Positions 1-7,357 of a DNA stretch of 22,098 nt are shown one piece after another; position 1 is the first letter of the stretch; each line of letters begins with the position of its first letter. The stretch lies in NCBI GenBank assembly GCA_013824835.1, contig PNOM01000051.1, positions 1 through 22,098 on the forward strand, written 5' to 3'. The notes under the pieces were generated by a model that saw only the letters and a list, made by a program, of their open reading frames with translations, did no database searches and was not told the origin of the DNA. The translations under genes were made by a program, and so were the position numbers. The stretch is from Syntrophus sp. (in: bacteria) (lineage in GTDB: Bacteria; Desulfobacterota; Syntrophorhabdia; Syntrophorhabdales; Syntrophorhabdaceae).

Positions 1-30
1 ATATAGTTCATCTTCAGCAATGGTTATTTA

Positions 31-72
31 AAGGCCGCAGGGGAAATCATATCCCCTGCGGCCTTTTGTTAT
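31..72 (+). terminator. Rho-independent terminator for an upstream gene outside the window
   Basis: Perfect stem AAGGCCGCAGGGGA / TCCCCTGCGGCCTT (about 14 bp) with a short loop, immediately followed by TTTTGTT. Confidence 0.55.
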
Positions 73-237
73 GGAATTTTTCCCTTGACACAAAGACCTG
101 TCGCATGTCCTTTAATTATCAAGAGAAGACGTCCTCGTAAAAAGTCCCAAACACGTCACTCCGGCGAAAGCCGGAGTCCAGAACTAATTTAAATTACTGG
201 ATTCCGTGTCAAGCACGGAATGACGAAAGAGAGATAA

Positions 238-909
238 TTGACTCTTTACGAGGGCATCAGAGAAGGTTGGGGAACAAATCCTTTGGCAGATATGTCTAAT
301 AATACAGATAACCGGAACAGGGCATTGAAAGATGATAACAGGCTGGTATCCTTGTGTCTGAAAGGGGATGTGAATGCCTTTGAGGTTCTGGTAGAGAGGT
401 ATCAGAAAAGGATGCTCAATATTGCCTTCAGGATGACAGGGGATTATGAGGAGGCGTGCGATATCGTACAGGACGCATTTCTCGCAGCATACAGATCCAT
501 TAAAAAGTTCAGGGGTGACTCGGTTTTCTCTACATGGCTTACTGCCATCACCATAAATCACACAAAGAACCGTCTGAAGCAGATGAGGACCAGGCGCTAT
601 CACGAGGTGATATCAATTGACGATCCCCAGGATAATCAGGATGACCGTATCGCTTTTGAGCCCCAATACATTGGGCCTACTGCTGTGGAACAGCTTGAAA
701 CAAAGGATATTCAGGCTAAGGTGCAGGAATGCATTAATGCCCTTGATGAAGAATATAAAGCAGTGCTTGTGTTGCGGGATATTCAGGAGTTTTCTTATGA
801 CGAGATACGTGATATTCTTAAAATACCCGACGGAACGGTAAAATCACGGCTTTTCAGGGCAAGGGATGCCATAAAAAACTGCCTGAAAAAGATACTTGAG
901 GTATTGTGA
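238..909 (+). CDS. ECF-type sigma-70 family RNA polymerase sigma factor (RpoE-like)
   Basis: The translation shows the region 2 signature (VQDAFLAAYRSIKKFRG...FSTWLTAITINHTKNRL) and the region 4 HTH (LRDIQEFSYDEIRDILKIPDGTVKSRLFRARDAI). The stop overlaps the start of the next gene (ATGA at 906-909). The start is uncertain between TTG 238 (SD-like GAAAGAGAG upstream) and ATG 292. Confidence 0.85.
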   Translation: MTLYEGIREGWGTNPLADMSNNTDNRNRALKDDNRLVSLCLKGDVNAFEVLVERYQKRMLNIAFRMTGDYEEACDIVQDAFLAAYRSIKKFRGDSVFSTWLTAITINHTKNRLKQMRTRRYHEVISIDDPQDNQDDRIAFEPQYIGPTAVEQLETKDIQAKVQECINALDEEYKAVLVLRDIQEFSYDEIRDILKIPDGTVKSRLFRARDAIKNCLKKILEVL

Positions 910-2012
910 TGGACTGCAAAGGCATAGAAGAACAATTATCCGCCTATCTTGATGGCCCCATCTCCCCTGATGAGAAGGAGCATATCGATAATCACCTCGC
1001 ATCATGCCCCCAATGCAGCGCCTCCCTTAAAGGCCTGAAAAAAACAGGGGAACTCTTAAAAAATCTTGAAGAAGTAGAACCGCCCCCCTGGCTCACCCGA
1101 AAGATTATGGCCCATGTCCGGGAAGAGGCGGAGCAAAAGAAAGGCCTGCTCCATCGACTCTTTTATCCTCTCCACATCAAGATCCCCATGGAGACCTTTG
1201 CCACCCTTCTAATAGTTGGAATAACCCTCTATGTTTACAAGACTGTAGAACCTGAGATAAAATTTATCGAGTCTCCTCCTGGCATTACTCAGACCATTCC
1301 AAAGGATAAAGCCCTGAGACCAACGGAAATATCCCCTTTACCACAACAGCAGAATACAAAAAAGGATCGTTCTGCAAAAGAAGCGACGCCTGTTCCCTCT
1401 GTGCCTGTTGAAGAGGACGTACTGAGATTGAGGGGTGGGGCTATTTCGGATAAGGTTCGGGAAGAAAGAACAGCAATGGATGTTTCATCAAAAAAGGAAA
1501 CCCTTGATTCAGCGGTAATGCCCGCACCCGTTCCATCAGCCCCTGCACCTGCTTCAAGGGAGGCAAAAGGTTCTTTTTTTGAAGCCGGCAGGGCAAGTGA
1601 GGAGCGGGAACAAAGAGCGCGGGAGATGGGTTACTCTGCTGCTCGCCACGGGGCATCAAAGGCGAAACAACAGGATGAAGCTATCTCGAAGCAGGCTTCG
1701 GGGCATAGACCCGCAGGACAGTCAAAGGCAGCGGGTGCCCATAAACTCATGGAGACACCCGTGACTATAGAGGTTAAAGAGGTGAGTATTGCATTGAGGG
1801 AACTCGAAATACTTCTTAAGCAAATTGGCGCACAAGTGATTCAGAGAGAATCACGAGAAAATATGGAAATCGTTTTCACTCAGGTGAAGGCCGATAGAAT
1901 GGACACATTTTTTGAGAAATTGAAGGCCGTCGGAGAGATTAAGGGAAAGATTCCTTCCCTTGCTATTCTGGAAACAGACAGTATAATCCGTATAGAAATC
2001 ATCAAAAAATAG
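906..2012 (+). CDS. Membrane anti-sigma factor with an N-terminal zf-HC2 zinc finger
   Basis: HLASCPQC, an Hx3Cx2C motif typical of zf-HC2 anti-sigma factors (ChrR/RsrA-like), followed by a single TM helix (FATLLIVGITLYVY) and a Pro/Ala-rich extracytoplasmic region. The gene is translationally coupled to the preceding sigma gene. Confidence 0.7.
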   Translation: MMDCKGIEEQLSAYLDGPISPDEKEHIDNHLASCPQCSASLKGLKKTGELLKNLEEVEPPPWLTRKIMAHVREEAEQKKGLLHRLFYPLHIKIPMETFATLLIVGITLYVYKTVEPEIKFIESPPGITQTIPKDKALRPTEISPLPQQQNTKKDRSAKEATPVPSVPVEEDVLRLRGGAISDKVREERTAMDVSSKKETLDSAVMPAPVPSAPAPASREAKGSFFEAGRASEEREQRAREMGYSAARHGASKAKQQDEAISKQASGHRPAGQSKAAGAHKLMETPVTIEVKEVSIALRELEILLKQIGAQVIQRESRENMEIVFTQVKADRMDTFFEKLKAVGEIKGKIPSLAILETDSIIRIEIIKK

Positions 2013-2048
2013 CCCTCGGATATAAAAATATTTTGCCCCACTTCATCA

Positions 2049-2078
2049 GGAACTTTTTTAAACCTTCTGCTGTCTAAC
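2049..2078 (+). promoter_or_regulatory. Candidate ECF (RpoE/ECF02-like) sigma-dependent promoter upstream of the VIT-VWA gene
   Basis: GGAACTT (2049-2055), a 17 nt spacer, then TCTAACCC (2073-2080). This is nearly identical in architecture to E. coli rpoE P2 (GGAACTT-N16-TCTAACCC) and lies 36 nt upstream of the ATG at 2116. Confidence 0.5.
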
Positions 2079-2115
2079 CCAATAGAAGCAACTACAAGGA
2101 TCTCAGGAGGTTATT

Positions 2116-4473
2116 ATGAAAGGTATTTTAAAATTAACGGCTTTGGTTGTCCTTATATTTTTAAGTTTTTTCAACACGGGTTTCGGCAAAACCTTCCCCC
2201 CGCCTGACAAGGCTGATGATCGCACCCTGTCCCCCTATTTCTTTGTAAAGAGTGACGACCCCAATGTGGATCAACTCCCCCTGAAATCTACTTCTGCGGC
2301 AGTCACCATCTCGGGCGTAATCGCCGGGGTCGAGGTTACTCAGGTTTATAAAAATGAAGGGAAAAGACCGCTGGAGGCCATCTACGTCTTTCCCGCTTCA
2401 ACAAGGGCCGCAGTGCACGGAATGAAGATGACTGTAGGCAAAAGGGTGATAAAGGCGCGGATCAGCAAGCGGGAGGATGCGCGCCAGGAGTACGAAAAGG
2501 CGCGGGAGCAGGGGAAAAGCGCCTCTCTTCTGGAGCAGCAGAGGCCAAATGTCTTTCAGATGAATGTGGCGAATATTATGCCCGGAGATGAGATAAAGGT
2601 CGAACTCCAATATACCGAATTACTTATACCCACAGACAGGATATATGGGTTTGTCTATCCCACTGTTGTAGGTCCCCGCTACTCCAATCAATCAGCGGAA
2701 ACCGCATCCCCTTCTGAACACTGGGTGCAGAATCCCTATCTCCGGAAGGGAGAAGCGCCTGCCAGTACCTTTGATATTACTGTGAATCTTTCAGTAGGAA
2801 TGCCCATTAAAGACCTCTCCTCAACATCCCACAAAGTGAAGACAACCTTTAGCGGGCCTTCTGCAGCAAAAATTGAGCTCGATAAATCGGAAGTATACGG
2901 CAGTAATCGAGACTATATACTCCGTTACCGCCTCGATGGAGAACAGATACAGTCCGGACTTCTCCTCTATGAAGGGGAAAAGGAAAACTTTTTTCTACTC
3001 ATGATGCAGCCCCCAAAGAGGATTACCAATGCCCAAATCCCTGGCCGTGAATATGTGTTCATCGTTGATGTATCCGGTTCCATGTATGGATTTCCCCTGG
3101 AAATTTCAAAGAAACTTATAAAAAACCTCATCAGCAATCTCCGCACAACAGACCGGTTTAATGTCCTTCTCTTTTCCGGCGGTTCGTCCCTTATGTCCGA
3201 AGAATCGCAGCCTGCAACCCAGGAAAATATCAATAAGGCAATCAATCTAATTGACCGGCAGAAGGGAGGAGGCAGCACCGAGCTTCTCCCCGCACTCTCG
3301 CGAGCCCTTAAACTTGCAAGACCGGAAGGTTTTTCCCGTACTATCGTGATTGCAACGGATGGATATGTTACCGTGGAAGAAGAGGTTTTTGATCTTATCA
3401 GGAACAATCTTAATAATGCAAATATTTTTGCCTTCGGGATTGGAACAAGCGTTAACCGTCACATCATCGAAGGGATGGCCCATGTTGGCATGGGTGAACC
3501 TTTTGTCATCACCAGAGCTGAAGATGCGCCTGCAAAGGCAGACTCCTTCCGCACCATGATTCAATCCCCGGTATTAACCCGTGTAAAGGCGCACTTCAAC
3601 GGTTTTACCACCTACGACGTGGAGCCTGTTGCGATCCCTGATGTTTTAGCTGAACGGCCCGTGATCCTCTTCGGGAAATGGCGTGGCGCCCTCCAGGGAA
3701 CAATCGCCTTGAGCGGCCTATCCGGCAACGGAGAGTACAGGGATACCATCAACGTATCGACAATAAAGCCCTCGAAGACAAACGCTGCCCTTGAATATCT
3801 CTGGGCCCGTTACCGGATCACCCTCCTCTCCGATTACAATAATCTCCGCTCCAACGACAAACGGATCAAGGAGATAACCGGACTCGGTCTTGCCTATAAC
3901 CTTTTGACCCAATACACCTCCTTTGTTGCCGTTGACTCAGAGGTGCGGAACAAAGATGGCAAAGTGGTTACAGTAAAACAGCCTCTCCCCATGCCACAGG
4001 GTGTTTCCGAATATGCGGTGGGCAATGGACAATACTATGGGATGGGCGGCGGAAGATCAGGCTATGCCTCTCATTACGCTGCGGCAAAAATAGCAAGACT
4101 TACAGAATATGAAGGAAAAGGACGGCAGGAGCAGTTCGTCGCAAAAGATGAGGGTAAACCAAAAAAGGCTGTCCGGATCGGAGACATAACTGTATCAGAA
4201 GGACTGTCCAAAGCAGCAGTTATGAATGCCCTGCAAAAGTATATTGAAGAGATTGAAAAGTATTGTAGTGGAAGCAGTCTTAAAGGGAAGCTTCTTATTC
4301 GTCTGGTCATCAGGAAGGATGGTTCGGTAAAGAATTTTGCTATTACCTCCAGCACTTTAAAGAACAGTGATGTCGAGAAATGGATTTCCACACAGATTAT
4401 GAAATGGCAGTTTCCCCCTATTCAGAATGGCCGGGAGGCTCATGTAACCATTCCCTTTCTCTTCGGGACGTAG
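2116..4473 (+). CDS. Secreted VIT-VWA domain protein with a C-terminal TonB-C-like domain
   Basis: Strong SD (AGGAGGT) and an N-terminal signal peptide. The N-terminal region is VIT-like (AIYVFPASTRAAVHGMKMTVG...YEKAREQGKSASLLEQ). A VWA domain with the MIDAS motif DVSGSM sits in VFIVDVSGSMYG, followed by TDGY. The C-terminal 80 aa are TonB_C-like (GKLLIRLVIRKDGSVKNFAITSS...EAHVTIPFLF). Confidence 0.8.
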   Translation: MKGILKLTALVVLIFLSFFNTGFGKTFPPPDKADDRTLSPYFFVKSDDPNVDQLPLKSTSAAVTISGVIAGVEVTQVYKNEGKRPLEAIYVFPASTRAAVHGMKMTVGKRVIKARISKREDARQEYEKAREQGKSASLLEQQRPNVFQMNVANIMPGDEIKVELQYTELLIPTDRIYGFVYPTVVGPRYSNQSAETASPSEHWVQNPYLRKGEAPASTFDITVNLSVGMPIKDLSSTSHKVKTTFSGPSAAKIELDKSEVYGSNRDYILRYRLDGEQIQSGLLLYEGEKENFFLLMMQPPKRITNAQIPGREYVFIVDVSGSMYGFPLEISKKLIKNLISNLRTTDRFNVLLFSGGSSLMSEESQPATQENINKAINLIDRQKGGGSTELLPALSRALKLARPEGFSRTIVIATDGYVTVEEEVFDLIRNNLNNANIFAFGIGTSVNRHIIEGMAHVGMGEPFVITRAEDAPAKADSFRTMIQSPVLTRVKAHFNGFTTYDVEPVAIPDVLAERPVILFGKWRGALQGTIALSGLSGNGEYRDTINVSTIKPSKTNAALEYLWARYRITLLSDYNNLRSNDKRIKEITGLGLAYNLLTQYTSFVAVDSEVRNKDGKVVTVKQPLPMPQGVSEYAVGNGQYYGMGGGRSGYASHYAAAKIARLTEYEGKGRQEQFVAKDEGKPKKAVRIGDITVSEGLSKAAVMNALQKYIEEIEKYCSGSSLKGKLLIRLVIRKDGSVKNFAITSSTLKNSDVEKWISTQIMKWQFPPIQNGREAHVTIPFLFGT

Positions 4474-4483
4474 CAAGACAATG

Positions 4484-4707
4484 TTTTTACACGGATGCAC
4501 ACGGATAAGAGCACGATGTATACGGATGAAAGCAGGGAGAAGCAGCCAATGTAGACGGCATCGGGATAACCCACCAATGCCGTCTACACACCACCCCGCC
4601 TGAAGGCGGAGAGGGATTGACCGGATATGCCTGTGTATCGCATATCCGGTCAAATACAAAGCCCATCTGCTTTTATCTGCCTTTATCCGTGTCCATCCGT
4701 GTAAAAT
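4484..4707. repeat. Structured intergenic element bounded by 24 bp imperfect inverted repeats with nested perfect hairpins (MITE-like, bidirectional terminator, or structured RNA)
   Basis: TTTTACACGGATGCACACGGATAA (4485-4508) has as reverse complement TTATCCGTGTCCATCCGTGTAAAA (4683-4706), with 1 mismatch. Internal hairpins: GTAGACGGCAT/ATGCCGTCTAC (4551-4587), CCGCC-TGAA-GGCGG (4596-4609), and a 14 bp perfect stem TTGACCGGATATGC/GCATATCCGGTCAA (4617-4653). The element lies between convergent genes. Confidence 0.5.
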
Positions 4708-4736
4708 AAAGTCTTTCCGGTTCTAAAAACAGCTTC

Positions 4737-4952
4737 TCACTTGCATTTCCTATACAAATCCTCAACCTTCTTTCTCGCCCATGGGGTTTTTCTCAGAAAC
4801 TTGAGACTCGATTTTATACTTGGATCATTATTAAAGCACTTGATATTAATGACTCTGCCCATTTTGTTCCACCCATAATGCTCAACAAGCCGGGTAAGCA
4901 TCATTTCCAGGGTAACCCCGTGGAGAGGGTCATGGAGGCGCTGATTTGTCAT
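4737..4952 (-). CDS. DUF2132 / VF530-family small conserved protein
   Basis: 71 aa with the characteristic DPLHGVTLE...LVEHYGW...[26 protein letters not shown] motif. An SD (AGAGGA) lies 7 nt upstream of the ATG on the minus strand. Confidence 0.75.
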   Translation of the reverse strand: MTNQRLHDPLHGVTLEMMLTRLVEHYGWNKMGRVINIKCFNNDPSIKSSLKFLRKTPWARKKVEDLYRKCK

Positions 4953-5083
4953 GTCTTATCCTCTTTGATTCTTTCCCGCATTATAGCATTATTGCATCGC
5001 ACATACTAAATTTATGATTATTATGCATAAAACAGGTATTTTGAGTCGTCTATGGTTTAACCTATATAGGAGGTTTACCGTAT

Positions 5084-6259
5084 ATGAGGCTCCCTACGAG
5101 ACACGCGAAGAATCTGGTATTAATCATTCTAATGCTTATTTACCTGGTCCTGCTCATTCACTCCTATGCCCAAGCCGGGACGAAGGTAACGGAAGATAAC
5201 ACAAAACATAAGGCCACTCCCTCATCGTCGTTGAAAGTCGATATTATTGCTGAAGGAAAGGCACCCGTATCTGAGGACGAAGAAGAAGCAAAAAACACGG
5301 CAATTGAACATGCTAAAGATGTGGCCATCCTGAAAACAGCGGGTCATTTCGTAAATTCTGAGATCCTTCAGAAAGAACGAATAGTTCTTTTGAAAATATT
5401 TGCTTCAAGAAGAGATGAGATCATCGAAGACATCCGAATCCTTTCGGACCAGAAGACCGATGATGACTTTTACCGGATAAAGGCGGCCATTAAAGTGAGA
5501 AAAGACCTTGTGGAAGATGCCCTGATGAAAAATCTCTTCGATGACAGGGTAATCGTAATTGCCTCTGAGAAAAACAGCAAGAAAGCTCATACGCATTATA
5601 TATTCGAGAAGGAGCTCGTGAGGAGAATAAAGGGAAAGGGTTATACTGTTATTGACAGCAGTACCATGAAAAATAAGGCAACCAACAGCCTTATCGCTTC
5701 CGCCCGCCAGGGAAATCATGAGTCTCTCCGAAGGCTCGGAATCTATTGTCTGGCTGATGTGATTGTGGTTGGTTCTGTTGAGGCATCCTTCAGCGAAAAG
5801 ACCCAGGATATCTATTCATCCCGGGGAAAGGGGCTGGTCAGGATATATAGGATAGGGGATAAAAAAGAGATTGTCTCAGTCTCAAGACATGGCGTGAAGG
5901 GTTTCGGTTCTGATGAGGCCAAATCAGGCGTAGATGCAATCAGGCGGATATCACCCATGCTCGCAGATGAGGCGATAAAAGGCCTGCCTCCAAAACCTCT
6001 CAGGAAGGTTAAGGTATTCATAAAAGAGATTGAAAACCACGCATCCTTAGACAAGGCAAAAAGGATGCTCGCAGATATGCCGTACATAAGGGAGATAAAG
6101 AACGGTATTGCGGACATAAAAGGCGAAAAGGCTACGCTTTATATTAAAACGACAAAAAGCATTGATTATATTGTGAGAGAGATTGCTGAGCTTAAAAGAT
6201 TTGTCGTTACAAACGTTAAGGAATCCGTTATTTTTCTCGAAGCACGGAGGATAAATTAA
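5084..6259 (+). CDS. Secreted or periplasmic protein, with a possible LPP20/FlgP-like N-terminal domain
   Basis: Excellent SD (TAGGAGGT) 8 nt upstream, and a signal peptide or anchor (LVLIILMLIYLVLLIHSYAQA). The stretch KVDIIAEGKAPVSEDEEEAKNTAIEHAKDVAILKTAGHF resembles LPP20-family lipoproteins. Confidence 0.65.
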   Translation: MRLPTRHAKNLVLIILMLIYLVLLIHSYAQAGTKVTEDNTKHKATPSSSLKVDIIAEGKAPVSEDEEEAKNTAIEHAKDVAILKTAGHFVNSEILQKERIVLLKIFASRRDEIIEDIRILSDQKTDDDFYRIKAAIKVRKDLVEDALMKNLFDDRVIVIASEKNSKKAHTHYIFEKELVRRIKGKGYTVIDSSTMKNKATNSLIASARQGNHESLRRLGIYCLADVIVVGSVEASFSEKTQDIYSSRGKGLVRIYRIGDKKEIVSVSRHGVKGFGSDEAKSGVDAIRRISPMLADEAIKGLPPKPLRKVKVFIKEIENHASLDKAKRMLADMPYIREIKNGIADIKGEKATLYIKTTKSIDYIVREIAELKRFVVTNVKESVIFLEARRIN

Positions 6260-6310
6260 GTGGTTGTTTTTCCAAAGATATCCATTTATTATGTGATTGA
6301 AGGGGTAAAG

Positions 6311-7291
6311 ATGAAAAAGATTAATCTTGTTATCTTCGTATGTTTGTTGATTGTCGTTTCTGTTTTCGGGATCGCCGAAGGTGCAGATGATCTGAAGCCA
6401 GAGGCTTTGAAGAACCTTCAAAAGTCTGTGGTAAAGGCATTGCCTGTTGAAGGAAACATTGTCCGCATTGCAGTTCTTGATTTTAAGGGCGATGATGGTA
6501 CTGTCAAAAATGCCGTAATTTCAATTATCACGGAAAAAACCCCTTTTAAGGTCATAGAGCGGACAGACCTTGACAAGATTCTCAACGAGCAGGGTCTTCA
6601 ACTGAGAGATGTCATGGATGAAAAGACGAGGATACGGCACGGCAGATTAAAAGGCGTACAGGGGTTGCTCATGGGCAAAGTCCAGGGTATGGAGAAGGGC
6701 TTTATGTCCTATACGATCAAGGTTCATCTGAAGCTTGATGATGTAGAAAGAGGAGAAATTGTCTTTTCAAAGGATTTTAACGTCAGCGCGGTTTCACCCT
6801 TGAGGAAGATCCTTTTTGTTGTAATTGCTGTTTTTATGGCAGGGATCATTGTAATAATGTTCCTCGCAAGGAGAAAGGGTTCAATAAAGGAATCGGTAAT
6901 AAGCAAGGATGTAAAAGCCCGGGCCGATCTCACAATGGAAATGAATAAAGCCTTGACGATTGTGGGAGAGACAAAAAAGAGGCTCATGGATAAAGGAAGG
7001 ACAGATGAGGCAGTACTTCTGAAGGATGCTGAAAGAGACCTGCTTTTTCTTAAAGAGAGTATTAATAATGCAGCAAGAGGGAATGGAGGAACAGGGAGCG
7101 TAACAGGGCTGAAAGAAACTCTTAAGTTTGATAAGGGGTTTGCCGATTCCGTTCAGAACCTTTCCAGGATTTCAGGGATGCTTCACGATAACGTAATATC
7201 GGGAAGCTCAGGATCTCTCGAAAGAGAGATAGATAGCTTCAGGAGAAATATCAAGATTGCAATGAACGGATTCGGCAACCAGCGGCCATAA
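6311..7291 (+). CDS. Bitopic membrane protein with a periplasmic CsgG/LpoB-like domain and a cytoplasmic coiled tail
   Basis: ATG 6311 preceded by GAAGGGG. It has a signal peptide (MKKINLVIFVCLLIVVSVFGIAEG). The motif IAVLDFKGDDG...FKVIERTDLDKILNEQGLQL matches the conserved core of the CsgG/LpoB/TolB-N fold. A TM helix follows (ILFVVIAVFMAGIIVIMFL) with a C-terminal tail of about 150 aa. The ORF track's GTG 6260 extension is less likely. Confidence 0.65.
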   Translation: MKKINLVIFVCLLIVVSVFGIAEGADDLKPEALKNLQKSVVKALPVEGNIVRIAVLDFKGDDGTVKNAVISIITEKTPFKVIERTDLDKILNEQGLQLRDVMDEKTRIRHGRLKGVQGLLMGKVQGMEKGFMSYTIKVHLKLDDVERGEIVFSKDFNVSAVSPLRKILFVVIAVFMAGIIVIMFLARRKGSIKESVISKDVKARADLTMEMNKALTIVGETKKRLMDKGRTDEAVLLKDAERDLLFLKESINNAARGNGGTGSVTGLKETLKFDKGFADSVQNLSRISGMLHDNVISGSSGSLEREIDSFRRNIKIAMNGFGNQRP

Positions 7292-7357
7292 TGGAAGCCC
7301 TTCTTCAGCCGTCATTGTTTGTATGCTTTTCGAAGATGAATGAAAAAGGGGGTACCC

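Noticed and set aside
73-101. GGAATTT...CCTGTC as a possible autoregulatory ECF promoter upstream of the sigma gene
   Set aside because: The -35 lacks the AAC core, and no TCTAA/CGTC-like -10 lies at a 16-17 nt spacing. The match is too weak to call.
184-603. 139 aa ORF on the minus strand
   Set aside because: It is entirely antisense to the well-supported ECF sigma gene. It has no recognisable motifs, and its Cys/His-rich low-complexity translation is typical of a shadow ORF.
4357-4659. 100 aa minus-strand ORF (and 4074-4391 -)
   Set aside because: It lies across the hairpin-rich intergenic element and the 3' end of the VIT-VWA gene. Its composition is driven by the inverted repeats.
6260-6310. 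GTG 6260 start for the CsgG-like protein
   Set aside because: ATG 6311 is preceded by an SD and begins a textbook signal peptide. The extension adds 17 non-hydrophobic residues.
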